DNA of 64,000 nucleotides from the human T2T-CHM13v2.0 reference genome, Homo sapiens: the NCBI RefSeq assembly GCF_009914755.1, contig NC_060947.1. The stretch is one strand, 5' to 3'. Under the pieces are notes generated by a model. It was not told the DNA's origin and searched no databases. It worked only from the letters and a program-made list of their open reading frames with translations. Shown here one piece after another: positions 41,392 to 58,276 of this stretch (positions are counted from its first letter, which is position 1; every line of letters begins with the position of its first letter). The translations under genes and the position numbers were made by a program.

Positions 41392-44300
41392 TTTCTTAAC
41401 TTTTTAAAATTTTGGTAAAAATACACGACACACATTTTACCACCTTATGGTATTTGTCTTTTTGTGATTGGCTTATTTCACTTAGCATAATGTCCTCAAG
41501 GTTCATTGGTGTTGTAGGATATGATAGAATTTCTTTCTTTTTTAAAGCTGAATGATATTCCATTGTGTGGTGTGTGTATAGACACACACATATATAAAAA
41601 ATGTATATATAAATATGTATACACAAATTTTATATGTAATACATTTATTTTTTTTTCCATGCATTTTGTTATCCACTCATCCATCTATGGGCATTTGGGT
41701 TGCTTCTGCCTCTTTGCTATTGTGAAAATAGTGTTGCTGTGAACAAGAGTGTGCGTATATCTATTTGAGACACTGCTTTCCATTTTTTTAGATACATACC
41801 CAGAAGTGGGATTGTTGATTCATATGGTAGATCTATTTTTAATTTGGGGGGGAGGCATCATACTGTTTCTCATAGTGGTTGCACCATTTACAGTCCCAAC
41901 CACAATGCAGAAAGGTTGCAATTACTCCACATTCTTGCTGACACAGGTTATTTTCTGTTTTGTTTTGTTTTTTTTAATAGTAGCCATCCCATTAGGAGTG
42001 GGCTAATATCATTATGTTTTCATTTGCATTCCTCTGATGATTAGTGATGTCAAGCATCTTTTCATATGCTTTTTGGCCAGTTGTATATTATCTTTGGAGA
42101 AATGTCTATTTAAGTCTTTTGCCCATCTTTTAATCTGGTGATTTGGCTTTTTGTTGTTGAATTGTAGAAGTTCTTTATACTTTGGATAGTACCCTTTATC
42201 AGGTATGTGATTTGCAAATATATTCTTCCATTCCATAGATTGCCCTTTCAACCTTTGATGAAAAATGTTCATCAGTTTGATGCAGTCCCATTTGTCTATT
42301 TTTGTTTTTGTCACCTGTGCTTTTGTTGTCATATCCAAAAAAATTATTCTCAGGTCTAATGTATTCTAGGAGTTTTATAGTATTGGGTTTTATGTTTAGG
42401 AATTTAATACACTTTGAGTCAATTTTTGTATGCTGTATTGTATAAGACAGTGTTCCCACTCTACTCTTTCACATGTGAATACCCAGTTTTCCTAGCACCA
42501 TTTTTTGGAGAGACTGTTTCTTCCCCCACTTGAGGGGGATGTCTTTGCAACCTTGAGGATTATTTCATCATATACATGAGAATTTATTTCTGGGCTGTCT
42601 ATTCCATTCCATTGGTCTATATGTCTGTCTTTATGCCAGTACCATACTGTTTTGATTACTGTATTTTTGTAATATGTTTTGAAATCAGGAATTGTGAATC
42701 TTTCAATTTGTTCTTCTTTTTCAAAATTGTTTTGGCTCTTTAGGCTTGAGATTCAATGTAAATTTTAGGATGGATTTTTCTATTTCTGCAAAATATCCCA
42801 TTGGGATTTTGATAGGGATTGTATTGAATCTGTAGATTGCATTGAGTATTATGGATATCTTAACAATATTAAGTCTTCTAATCCATGAACACAGGATATC
42901 TTTCCATTTATTTATGTCTTAATTTCTTTAAGCAACATTTTGTAGTTTTCAGTGTAAAAGTCTTTCATCTCCTTGGTTAGGTTTACTCCTAAGTATTTGG
43001 TGCTGTTGTAAATGAAATTGCTTCTTAATTTCATTTTCAGATTGTTCATTGTTAGTGTGTAGAAATACAATTTATTTCTGTGTGTTGATTTTGTATCCTG
43101 CAATTTTGCACAATTCCTTTATTAGTTTTACCAGTTCTTTGTGGAGTATTTAGGATTTTCTATATATAAGATCATGTTTTCTGTGAAGAAGAATAATTTT
43201 ACTTCTTTCTTTTCAATTTGGATTTTTTAAATTTCTTTTTCTCACATAATTTCTCTGGCTAGGATTTCTAAAACTATGTTGAATAATAGTGGTGAGAGAG
43301 TGGTAAGAATAGGTTTCCTTGTCTTGTTCCTGATAGTAAAGGAAAAGTTTTAATCATGTCAGTGAGGCTGACATTAGTGTGGGCTTTTCTTATATGGCCT
43401 TTTTTATGTTGAGACATTTTCTTTCATTTCTAGTTTGCTGAGTGTTTTTATCATGAAAGGTTATTTCATCTTGTCAAATGCTTTTTCTATAATCTCAGTT
43501 GAGATGATCATGTGGTTTTTATCCTTCATAATGTTAATGCCATGTATTACATTGATTAATTTTCACATATTGACTCATTCTTGCATTCCAGGAACAAATC
43601 CCACTTGGTCATAATGTATAATTCTTTTAATGTTCTGTTGAACTCAGTTCACTGGTATTTTGTTGAGAATTCTTGTATCAATATTCATCAGAGATATTTA
43701 TCTGTAGTTTTCTTGTAGTGTCTGTCTGGCTTAGATATCAGTGTAATGCTGTACTTATAGAATGAATTTGGAAGTGTTTCCTTCTCTTCAATTTTTGGAA
43801 AAAGTTTCAGGAATATTGGCACTAATTCCTCTTTAAATGTTTGGTAGAATTCTCCAGTGAAGCCATCTGGTTCTGGATTTTTATTTGTTGGGAGGTTTTT
43901 AATTATTAATTTAATCGCCTTACTTGTTATTCGTCTATTTGGATTTTCTCTTTCTTCATGATTCAGTTATGCTAGGTTGTGTGTTTTTAGAACTTGATTC
44001 ATTTCTTCTAGGTTATCCAATTTGTTGGTGTACAATCATTCACAGTATTCTCTTAAAACCTCTTTGTATTTCTGTGGCATCAGCTATAATGTTGCCTCTT
44101 TCATTTCTGATTTTAGTTATTTGAGTCTTCTTTCTCTTTTTCTTGGTTAATCTAGCTAACAGTTTGTCAATTTTATCTTTTTTTAAAAAAACTCTTGTTG
44201 ATTTTTTTTCATGTTTTCTATTCTCCATTTTATTTATCTCTGCTCTAATTATTATTTCTTTTCTTCCACTAGCTTTGGGTTTTGTTCATTTTTTTTCTAA

Positions 44301-45071
44301 TTTCTTGAGATATAAAGCTAAATTGTTGATTTAATATCTGCCTCTTTCTATAAACTTCTCTCTTAACACTATTTTTGCTGTATCCCATACTATTTTGTAT
44401 TTGTGTTTTTGTTTTCAAAACAGAAAAAAAAAATCTCGTTTTGTCTCAAAATCTTTTCTAATTTCCCTTGTGACTTCTTTGACCCATTGGTTGTTTGAGT
44501 GGTTTGTTTAATTTTCACATATTTGTGGATTTTTTCTACTGCTATTGATTTCTACCTTCATTGCATTGTGATCAGAAGACATGCTTTATGCTTTCATAAT
44601 TTCGATCTTTTTGAATTTGTTAAGACTTATTTTGCAGCCTAACATGTGGTCTATCCCAGAGAATGCTCCATATACACTTGAGAAGAATGTAAATTCTGCT
44701 GCTGTTGGAGAAACTGTTCTGTGTATGTCTGTTAGTTCCAATTGGCCTATAGTGTTATTAAGTCCTTGTTTCTTATTGATCTTCTGTCTGGTTGTTCCAT
44801 TCATTGTTGAAACAGTGAGGTATTGACATTTTCTACTGTTATTTTGGTATTGTCTATTTCTCCCTTCAATTCTATCAAAGTTTGTTTTACATATTTAGAA
44901 GCTCTGGGGTTTGGTGCATGAATATTTATAATTGCTATATCTTCTTGGTGAATTGCCCTTTTGTCATTATGTAATGTTCTTCTTTGTGTTTTGTAACAAT
45001 TTTTTATTAGAGTCTGTTTTGTCTGATAGTAGTATAGCAACCCATACTCCCTTTTGGTTACCATTTGCATA
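41392..45071 (-). mobile_element. L1MA/L1MB-like LINE-1 from the endonuclease region to the 3' end, with TSD
   Basis: Degenerate EN/RT peptides (INIHAPNPRASKYVKQTL; IDHMLG). TSD gga(g)cccttactttt at 41378-41391 and 45072-45086. Confidence 0.9.
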
Positions 45072-46410
45072 GGAGCCCTTACTTTTAGCCTCCTATGTTA
45101 TACCGCCTTCCTTCTGGCCCTTCAGTACTTTTTTCTTGTGGAGGGAGAGAGGGAGCTTTGAGTTGCTTCTAGGGGTTAGGTATATGCTAAGATATTTTAT
45201 TATTTCTCCTGTAAATCCAGTGGACAAATGAGTAAGGCCTGTGGTAATCCAGTGTAGATGGCCCCCTTAGGGAAGGAGACATGCAGAATATCAGAGAGTC
45301 TTGCATACACATTCATAAGACCACTTCTCTAAAACTTCCCACTGTTCCTAAGTAACCACCCGGAACCAACAGGATGGCACTTCAACCACTCAAAGCCTTT
45401 TCAAAGGGTCCCGCTCAAAGCCTTTTCAAAGGGTCTCTGATATTACCTATCACTGAAATGAAGCAAAGCTTAAAGGACTCCTGACTCTTTCAGCCTCCTT
45501 CTTCTCATCTTTTACCAAGAGTGTCTTGTGACCCTAAAATTCAGAGTTAGCAGTGGTCAAGGCTAGTGAAGGTCTTTGAAGTCTTTCTTATGAGGCCAGA
45601 AAAAGGAAAATATAAAATGAGGCTTCTAACTAGATCTGTAAACAACTTATCTGAAATTCAAGTCCTGTGAACTAACATAACATTTTGTCTTCAGAGGAAG
45701 GCTTGTTGCCCATATCTGAGTCCCTGGGTTTCAAGGCTGTTCTTGGGACTTCCACCAAGTGGGGCCCTTCAAAGTAATCTTTGGGAGAACTGCATACAGG
45801 AAAGACCATTCATAAGCTAGGGCAATGGCAATAGAACTAGTTGCTACAGCTAAGATTGTACCAGTTACCTGAATTTCCACTTTCATCCCCCCATACCTCA
45901 GCAAGTTTTAGTTCTCACTGACTTATATCCTTTACAAAATAGCCTCTTGCAATAATGCAGATATTTAGGTTGGCTACAGCTGGCTTTGTGCCTGTAGGTC
46001 TCTGATAGAAATAATCTAATAATAGGGTTTTGTATGAAAGTAGAGAGCTGAATGACATCAAATAATCATGAGGCATCCTGTTGATTAATGGGCCAATTGT
46101 CCTGAAGTTCATCTGGTCTGAACTTGGCTAGAAAACATCAAATGTGGGTTGTTACCCAGAGCAACACAACAGCAGCTCCTTATAGCTTCCATGTTTTGCC
46201 AGAATGAGAAATGACAATCGAATTTTTTAATCACAGATGAGCTATACCTTTACCTGGGACTCTCATCAACTTTTCTTCATGATTCCTAAAAGATCAGCTG
46301 ATCCCTAATGCATATAACCTGATTTTCCCCTCTTTGTGGAATTACCAAATGTCTAGTCTCTAAGCACTCTCATTCCTTCTCCAAGAAATTTCTATAAAAA
46401 TTGGCCTTTC

Positions 46411-47950
<1,540 letters not shown>

Positions 47951-47951
47951 T

Positions 47952-50900
47952 CTTTGTGTGCCTGCCTTATTTCACTTAATATAATGACCTCCAGTTCCTT
48001 TCATGTTGCCAAGCCTGGGACTCAGCAGGTATGCTGTATGACTTCTTTTGAGAAATGGCTGTTCAAATCTTTTGCCCATTTTTAAATCAGATTATTAGAT
48101 GTTCTTCTATAGACTTGTTTGAGCTCTTTTCTACATTTGTTGTTAATCTTTTGTTAGATGGGTAGTTTGGAAAAATTCTCTCTCATTCTGTGGATTGTCT
48201 CTTCTCTTTGTTGATTGTATCCTTTGTTGTGCAGACACTTTTTAACTTGTGATTCCATTTGTTCATTTTTTATTTGATCACCTGTGCTTGTGGGGTATTA
48301 CTCAAGAAATTTTTGCCCCGACCAATGTTCTGGAGAGTTTCTCCTAAGTTTTCTTGTAGCAGCTTCATTTTGGGACTTAGATTTAAGTCTTTATTCAATT
48401 TTGATTTGATTTTTGTGTATGGCAAGAGAGAGGAGTCAAGTTTCATTCTTCTGCATATGAATATCTAGTTTTCCCAGCACCATTTATTGAATGTCCTTTT
48501 CCCAATGTATGTTCTTGGCACCTTTGCAAAAAATGAGTTGACCATAGATACAGGGATTTGTGTCTGGGTTCTCTATTCTGTTCCATTGGTCTATGTGTCT
48601 GTTTTCATATCAATATCATGCTGTTTTGGTTGCTATAGCTCTATAGCATAATTTGAAGTCAGATAAAGTAATTCCTCCAGTTTTGTTTATTTTGCTCAGA
48701 ATATCTTTGGCTATTCTGGGTATTTTGTGGTTCCATATAAATTTTACAATTGTTTTTCTGTTGCTATGAAGAATGTCATTGGTATTTTGATGGAGATTGC
48801 ATAAAATCTGTAGATTGCTTTAGGTAGTATGAACATTTTAACAATATTAGCTCTTCCAATCCATAAATATGGAATATGTTTCCATTTGCTGGTGTCCTCC
48901 TCAATTCCTTTCATCAGTGTTTTATAATTTTCATTGTAGAAGATCTTTCACTTCTTTGGTTGAGTCTTAGGTTATGTATTTCATTTGTACCTGTTGTAAA
49001 TGGGATTACCTTCTTGGTTTCTTTTTCAGATTGTTCACTGTTGGCATATAGAAATGCTACTGATTTTTGTATGTTGATTTTGTATCCTTCAACTTTACTG
49101 AATTCATTTATCAATTCTAATAGCTTTTTTTGGTAGAGTCTTTAGGTTTTTCCAAATATAAGATCATATTATCTGCAAACAAGGATAATTTTTCTCCCTT
49201 GCTATTTGGATGCCCTTTATTTACTGCTCTTGTCTTATTGCTCTAGCTAGGCCTTCCAATACTACACTGAATAACAGTCTTGAAAGTGGGCATCCTTGTC
49301 ATGTTCCAAATCTTAGAGGAAAACTTCAGTATTTCCCCATTCCGTGTGATATTATCTGTGGGTCTGTCATATATGGTTTTTATTATGTTGAGGTATGTTA
49401 CACCATGCCCAGTTTTTGAGAGTTTTTATCATACAGAAATGTTGAATTTTACTAAATAATTTGTCAACATCAGTTGAAATGTTCATATAGTTTTTGTGTT
49501 TTATTCTATTGATATAATGTATCACATTGATCGGTTTTCATATGTTGAATGATGTTTGCATCCCCAAGCTAAATCTCGCTTGGTCATGATGAATGATCTT
49601 TTCAATGTTTTGCTGAATTCGGTTTGCTAGTATTTTGTTGATTTTTGCATCAAAATTTATCAGAGATATTGGCCTGTTGTTTTCTTTGTTTGATGTGCTT
49701 TTATCTATTTTTGCTGTAAGGATAATACTGGCCTCATAGAATAGGTTTAGCAGTAGTCTCTCCTCTATTTTTTGAAATTGTTTGAGTAGGATTGGTATTA
49801 ATTCTCCTTCATATCTGTTTCTCCAGGATTGGTCCCTGGTGCCTTATTTAATTAACTTGGTGAGGTCATATTTTTCAGGAAGATGTTGGTACTTTTATAT
49901 GTTCTTCAGTATCTGAGTATTGAATAGCTAGGTATTTATTGCAGTCTTCGCAGTCTGGGCTTATTTGTGTCTATCTTTCCTGGGAAGGCTTTCCAGGAAT
50001 TCGAAGAGACTTAGGCCCCAAACCAAACAGCACTGTTGTTCTTGCACACTTGTAGAGTTACTACCTTGGTGGTCTTGGATAAGATCCAGAAAAATTATCT
50101 GGATTACTGGGCAGAGACTCTTATTCTTTTCCCTTACTTTCTCCCAAACAGTCTCTTCTGCTGTGCTGAGCTACCTGGAACTGGGGATGGGTAGACACAG
50201 CCACCCCTGGGCCACCACCACTGGGACTGCATTGGGTCAGATCTAAAGCCAGCACTGCATTGGGTCTCACCCAGGACCCACTGTAACCAATACCTGGTTG
50301 CCACCTATGTTCACTCAAGGCCCTATGGCTCCACAATCAGCAGATGGTGACACCAGCCAAGTTTGTGTCCCTTCCTTCAGAGCAGCGAGTTCCCCCAGAC
50401 CCTGAGTGTGTCCAGAGATGCTGTCTGAGAGTTGGGGATTGGAGTAAAAAACCTTAGAAATTTACCCAGTGTTCTATTTTACTGTGGCTGTGTTGGCACT
50501 CAAACCACAAGACAAATTTCTTCCTAGTGGAACTTCCCTGTCCACAGGCAGAAGAGCTTCTCCTCATGGCCACTAGCACCAGTTTCTTCCAGGCCAATAC
50601 CAATGTTCACTTAAAGTCCAAGGGATCTTCAGTCACCTTGTGGTGAATGCTGTCAGGCCTGGGACTCACCCATCAGGGAAGTGGGCTCCCCTCTGCCCCA
50701 AGGCATGTCCAGTAATGTTGACCAAGAGCCTAGGCCTGGAATTGAGAACCCCACTACCCTGCTTGGTGCTCTACCTCACTGTGACCAAGCTGGTACCTAA
50801 GGCTCAAGACAGAGTCCCCTTTACATTTTCCCCTCCTTTTCTCAAACAAAAGGAATCTTTCACCATAGCCACCACGGCTGGGAATGTGCTGGCTGACAAC

Positions 50901-51875
50901 TGAAGTCAGCACATCTCAGAGCCCAAGGCCTATAGCATATTACCTGAGTATTGCTATTCATTCTTTGGGGCCCAAGGTCTCTTTAGTCAGCAGGTAACAA
51001 ATCCTGCCAGGACTGCATCTTTCTCTTCAAGGCAGTGAATTCCTTTTTGGCCCAGAGTATGTCTAGAAATGTTGTCTGGGAGCTAGGTCCGGGAATGGCG
51101 GCCTCATGACTCTGCCCGGTGCCCTATACTACTGTGACTGAGCTGGTATCCAAGATACAAGACAAAGTCCTCTTAGTTATTTGCTCTCCTCCCTTTTAGC
51201 AGAAGAAAGGAGACACTTTCATTGCTTCAAGCTGCACTGCCTGGGGTTGGAGGAGGAGAGGCACAAGCACTCCTTTAGCCACCCCAGAAGGTGTCTCTCT
51301 AGGTCACATGCTACCCTAGCTCTGTGGCTCTGAGCCCAGCTCAGCACTAATAGTTGCCTAGGAATTGCAGTCCTTGTGTCCTAGATTGCTTTTCAAGTTT
51401 ATGTAGGACCCCAGAGCACTCCAGCCTGTGGTGGCAAGGCTTGCCAGAACTCAAGCTCTGATCACTGGGATGAGAGATCACTCCCTGGCTAGGGCCAGTT
51501 CAAATGCTCCCTCCATGGGGGGGTGCCAGCTGGGTACAGCCCGGTTTTGCTTTCTGCTGTGACAAGGCATCTTCACTGAGTTCAATGTAAAGTCCTTCAG
51601 TTCCTGTGCTCTCCCTCTTCCGAGGACAGGACGCAGATTCTCTGCTACTGGGGAATGGGGGAGGGGTAGCATTGGCAATTCAAGACTGTCTCTCCTACTC
51701 CCTTTCAGTGCCCCTTTCAGCAATATGAAGTTAAAATCAGGTACTGTGATTGCTCACCTGATATTTGGTTCTTCTGATGGTGGTTTTTGTGTGTAGCTAG
51801 CTGCTAAATTTTGATGTCCCTGTAGGAGGAACAAATGGTGTAGGCTTCCATTCAGACATCTTGTTCTGCTTCCCC
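47952..51875 (-). mobile_element. Old L1MA-type LINE-1 with a long 5'UTR, internally deleted
   Basis: ORF2 remnants at 48030-49810 ([22 protein letters not shown]), then an L1M 5'-region ending cagacatcttgttctgcttcccc. Confidence 0.85.
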
Positions 51876-53467
51876 ATTTTAAAAATGTGTTTTTCCTTCT
51901 TAATTGAAAGGTTGATTCTTTTTTTCCCCCAGCTTGCCTCTTTAGAGATGCCCTCAAACAGAAAGATATGATAAACCTCTGCGTCAGGCAGAAGTGACCC
52001 TCCCTTAGGAGGTATAAATGACAGGGAAGGTGCCCTGTGATCACCTCCTTACGATTTTTCTTATTTTTTTCCTTTAATAGTAGAAGGAAAGAATTTCCAT
52101 TTAATAAAAAAAATCACTCTTGTAGTTAACTAGAGAAAATATGAAGCATTCATCTTTAGGTAGGGAGATTTCCTCACCAATGACTTCAAATCTTACAGTC
52201 TTAAGGTTTTAATCTGAAAGCACCTCTTCTCTGAACAATGAGTTAAACCAATGCACCTTCTTAACTGGAAGCTTGCCTTTGCAGAAGATGGTTTGCATTT
52301 CAGCCCTCTATTCACAAAAAGTGATCTTTTTGCCTTACTCCTTTCCTTGCCATCTCCATCCACAACTGCAGTATTTGTACCCTTGACTAGACCCACCACC
52401 ACAACCAGCACCAACAGCAGCAGTAGCTTACAGAAAGCCACTCAAGCCATAAATCTTCTGGTATATGTCCTAGAATCACACAGAAGAGTGATGGCCCTCC
52501 TGAGTTATTATTCATCAAAGAGATACATTTCCTTGACCTTTTTTTAGGCTTTTAGAATTTACATTTGTTCTCTTTTTATATTAAACAATAGCCTCAAAGT
52601 TATGTGGTCAACTACGGTGAACCCACGTGGGTCTTGAAAGCCAAAGATGACTTTACTATCTACCTGTTATGTAGTATTTAAATAACAGCTTTTAAAAATA
52701 TATTTTTGAATATATTTTTGTTTCCTATGTCATCAATAACCCATTAAATCGTGTGGTCTGCCAAGGTGATGTACTGTGGGTTCTGAGAGCTCAGAGGTGC
52801 ACTTGCCAGTGTCTGCCTGTTCTGTCCTCTTTAAATAAAACAGTGCACCCTACCCTTGGGTCAGGCCAATGGACTCTGACCTGGACAATCATCACAGTCC
52901 TAGGCTTCTTACTTAAGAGGCATCTACCATAGAGGAAATAATATTTCCTCAGCAAACTTTCTAAGAAGTCAATCACATGGAGGTATAAAATGCTGGAATG
53001 GCTCAATGTGGTAGCCCACCATTTCATTTATTCCCACCCTATTTCAGTGAGAGGAAAAACCAGTTTATTTTAACAAAATATAACATGTTTTAAAACACAC
53101 GTATGGCATGTACACTTGAGTTTTAGAGATTTTCTCACTGATTGATACATATTGTTCAGCCATAAATGTTTTAGACATAGTAATCATGATTCTCCAAATA
53201 TGATTCCACCTAATAAACCAATGAACAATAATCTTGCATTCCCAGACCCTTTAGATTGTTTTGATAATTAGAAACCAGCATTGTTTCCATTCTCTCCTTT
53301 TCTTGCACCCATACACCCCCACAGGAATCAATATTCCAGACTGATCCCACAGGCCTCCTTCCGTGAGCTAATAGAAACATGAAGTCCAATGTCAACTATC
53401 CAGATAGCAAAAAAAAAAAAAAAAAAAAAAATTATAGTGGGCTTGATATATTATCCTTCTAAGGAAA

Positions 53468-53766
53468 TGCTGTCCTAAGAAAATAAAATGAGAATAAAAA
53501 ATCCAAACCACATATGTTAGTTTAAAATTTTCAGCAGTCACATTTTTTGAACTTATTTGTTGTAATAATTTTATTTAATCCAATACATGCACAATGTTAT
53601 CATTTCAACATGTAATCAATATTAAATTTGTTAATGAGATATTTTACCTTATTTGAAATGTGATATGTATTCTGCATTTACAGCATGTCATAATTCTGAC
53701 CGGTGACATTTCAGGTGTTCATTAGCTACCTGTCACTAATGGCTGCCATATTGAATGGCCCAACTG
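53468..53766. mobile_element. MER33/MER3-like hAT-Charlie element
   Basis: tatcatttcaacatgtaatcaatatt...aatgagatattttac...cacctgtcactaatggctgccatattg-type motifs. Confidence 0.7.
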
Positions 53767-56700
53767 TAAGTAATACTTTTTATTCTCCAGATTTTTTGAA
53801 ATATAATTTGTATACCATAAAATTTATCCTTTAAAAGTGTACAACTCAGCAATATCTAGTATAGTCACAAAGTTGGACAACAATCACCATTATCCAATTC
53901 TGGAGCATTTTCATCTACTCAAAGAGAAATCTCATGCCAGTTAGCACTCATTCCCCATTTCTTACTCCCCTTGCCCAAACCCCTTCCTACCACTGACCTA
54001 CTTTTTTCCTCTGTGGATTTGACATTCTAGATATCTCATGTAAGTGAAATTATAGAATATGTGACCTTTATTTGTCTGGCTTCTGTCATTTAGAATAATC
54101 TTTTCAAGACTTATTCATGTTGTAGCGTCTCTCAGAAATTCATTTCTTTTTATGACTGAATAATATTCCATTGCATGAACATACCACATTTTGTTTACCC
54201 ATTTATCAGTTGATGAACATTTAGGCCATTTCTACTCTTTGGCTATTATGAATAATGCTGCTATAAACATTCTTTGTACAACTATTTTTGTGGAAATATG
54301 TTTTTATTTCTTCTAGGTATATACCTAGGACTGAAATTCTTGAGTCATACAGTACCTCTATGTTTAACATTATGAAGAACTGCCAAAGTCTTTCCAACAA
54401 CAATATAGAAATTTTCCAGTTTCTCCACATCCTCACCAACATTTTATTTTCCATATTTTTTTCTTATAGCCATCCTAGTGGATATAAAGTGGTATGTCAT
54501 GGTGATTTTGTTTGCTTTTCCCTAATAGCTAAATAATTTTCACATCTTTTAATGCATGTATTGGCCAGTCTTATCTTTTATGGAGAAATGTTTTAAGTTT
54601 TTTGCCAATTTTTAAATTAAGCCATTTGTCTTTTTGCTATTGGGTTGCAAGAGTTCCTCATATATTCTGGATACTGCACCCTTAAAAATGTTATTATTTA
54701 CAAATATTTTTCTCCCACTCTGTGCATTGTCTTTTCAGTTTCCTGATTGTCATTTGAAGCAAAATTTTAAAAATTTTGATGAAGTCCTATTCACCATTTT
54801 TTTTTTTTGCCATTGTGTTTTTGGTTTCTTATCTAAGAAAACATTGCCTTATGCAAGGTCACAAATATTTAAACCTAAATTTTCTTCTAAGGATTAGAGT
54901 TATAGTTTACACTTACATTCAGGTCTTTGACTCATTTTGAGTTAATTTTTCTATATGTATGAGGTGAGGTGAGGTAGGGGTCCAAATTCTTTCTTTTACA
55001 TGTAGATATCTAGCTGTGCCAGTACCATATGTTGTAAAGACTAGTCTTCCCCCATTGGATAGCTTTTGTACCCTTGCTGAAAATCAATTGACCATAGTTA
55101 CATTGGTTTCTTTCTGAACTTTCAATTCCATTCCATTGATCTACATGTCTTTCCTTATGGAAATGCCACGCAGAATTGGCTACTGTGGCTTTGTAATAAT
55201 TTTTGAAATCAGGAAGTGTTACTCCTCTAGCTGTTCTTTTTCAGGATTATTTGGCTATTTGAAATCCCTGTGATTTCCACATGAATTTTAAAATCAGCGC
55301 CTCAATTTTTGTAAAAAAGGCAGTGAGGATTTTGATAGGGATTACATTGAAGCTGTAGATCAATTTAGGGCATATTGCCATCTTGAAAATATTAAGTCTT
55401 TTGACTCATGAGCATGGAGTATCTATTCATTTAGGTCTTAATTTCCTTCAGTGATGTTTTCTAGTTTTCCGTGTACAAGTTTTACAATTTAAAAAATGTA
55501 TTCCTAAGTATTTTATTATTTTTGGTGATATTGAAAATGAAAATGTTTCTTCAATATTATTTTGCAATTTTCCTTGTGAGCATATAGAAATAAAATTTAT
55601 TTTTGTATACATATCTTGTGTTTCCTAACATTGCTGAACTCTAATGATATTTTTTGGATTTCATAAGGTTTTCTATACACATGGTCATGTAATCTGTGAA
55701 CAGATATTGTTTTACTTTTTTCGATTCTGGATGTCTTCTATTTTGTTGTTGTTGTCATTGTTGTTACATAATGGTCATGACTAGAACTTGCAGTACAATG
55801 AGGAACAGAAGTGGCAAGAATAGAAATCTTTGTCTTCTTGGTCTTAGGGGAAAGCTTTAGTCCTTCACCATTAAGTATATTAGCTGTAGATTTTTTATAT
55901 ATGCCCATTATCAAGTTGATGATGTTCCTTTCTATTCCTACCTTGTTGAATGTTTTTTTTATCAAGAAAGAATGTTGCATTTTGTTAAATACTTTTTCTT
56001 CATCTATTGAGATGAACATATATTTTCCCTTGACTGTATTCATATGGTGTATTATAATGATTAGTTTTCAAAATGCTGAATCAACCTTGCATTCCTGGGA
56101 TAAATCCTACCTGGTCACAGTATATAAGAATTTTTATATGTTGCTGAATTTACTTAGTTTATATTTTGTTTGGGATTTTTATTTCTATATTCATAAGGGA
56201 TATTAGTCTTTTGATTTCTGTTCTTGTGGTGTTTTTGTCTTGCTTTTGTGTCAGTGTAATACTGGTGTCACAGAATGAATTGAGAGGTGTTCTCTCCTAT
56301 TTTTTTTAAAGTGGTATTGAGAAAATGTTATTAATTCTTCTTTAAAAATTTGGTACAATTCGCCAGGATAAATATATGGTCCTGGGCTTTCTTTTTTATT
56401 GCTAATTCAATTTCTTTACCTTTTATAGTTATATTCTGATTTTCTATTCCGTCTTGAGTCAGTCTTGATGGTTTGTGTCTTACTAGGAATTCATTCTTTT
56501 CATCTAGGCTATCTAATTTGTGGGCATATAATTGTTCATAGTATAACATTATAATCCTTTTCATTTTTATAAAGGTTCTTGTAATGTCACTCTTTCATTC
56601 CTGATTTAGAAATTCGAGTCCTCTTTCTTTTTCAGTCAGTATAGCTAAAGATTTTTTTCCATTTTGTTAATATTTCCAAAAAAAATAATTTTTTGTTTTG

Positions 56701-56850
56701 TTAATTTTCTCTCGTTTTACTGTTCTCTATTTCACTTACTCCCAGTATAATATTTATTATCTCTTTACATCCACTTGCTTTGAATCTAGTTTGCTCTTTT
56801 TTTCCTAGTTTCTTAAGATGAAAGTTTAGGTTGTTGATTTAACATTTTTC

Positions 56851-58276
56851 ATATATATATTTATGTATATATTGTATTATATTATATATATTTATGTATA
56901 TATTATATTATATTATATATATTTATGTATATATTATATTATATTATATATATTTATGTATATATTATATTATATATATACTTATATTATATATAATATA
57001 TTATTTATATTATATATAATATATATTATTTATATTGTATATAATATATATTACTTATAATATATATAATATAAATGATATATAGTATATAATATATATT
57101 GTATATATTATATCATATAGTATATATTATATTATATAATATATAGTACATATAATATATTATATTATATATATTATATATAGTATATATAATATATATT
57201 ATATAGTATATATAATATATTTAATATATACTATATATAATATATAATATATATTATATATTACATATAATATATACTATATATTATATATTACATATAA
57301 TATAAATAATATATAGTATATATTATATATAATATATATTATATATAATATATAATATATATTATATATAATAATATACTATATATTATATATAATATAT
57401 AATATATATTATATAATAATATACAATATATATTATATATAATATAAATAATATATAATATATATTATATATTATTATATATAATATATATTTGTATATA
57501 TTATATATACAATTATTATGTATAATATATATTTATTATATATAATATATATTATATATTATATATTTATTATATATAAAATATATTATATATTATATAT
57601 ATTTATTATATATAATATATATTATATATTATATATATTTATTATATATAATATATAGTATATTATATATATTTATTATATATAATATATATTATATATT
57701 ATATGTTTATTATACATAATATATATTATATATTATATATATTTATTATACATAATATATATTATATATTATATATATTTATTATACATAATATATATTA
57801 TAAATTATATATATTTATTATACATAATATATATTATATATTATATATATTTATTATACATAATATATATTATATATAATATATATTTATTATACATAAT
57901 ATATATTATATATTATATATATTTATTATACATAATATATATTATATATTACATATATTTATTATACATAATATATATTATATATTATATATGTTTATTA
58001 TACGTAATATATATTATATATTATATATGTTTCTTATACGTAATATATATTATATATTATATATGTTTCTTATACGTAATATATATTATATATTATATAT
58101 GTTTCTTATACGTAATATATATTATATATTATATATGTTTCTTATATGTAATATATATTATATATTATATATGTTTCTTATATAATATATATTATATATG
58201 TTTATTATATATATTATATATATATTTATTATATAATATATATTATATATTATATTTGTATATATTATATATATAA

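Noticed and set aside
52390-52428. CAC/CAG-rich tract suggesting a coding low-complexity region
   Set aside because: Short and imperfect, with no splice or homology support.
53409-53431. Isolated A23 run as the tail of a retrocopy
   Set aside because: No recognisable upstream element, nearby AATAAA or TSD. Treated as a mononucleotide repeat.
57991-58185. Repetitive peptide ORF (MFLIRNIYYILY)n
   Set aside because: A translation artefact of the 36-bp AT-rich tandem unit.
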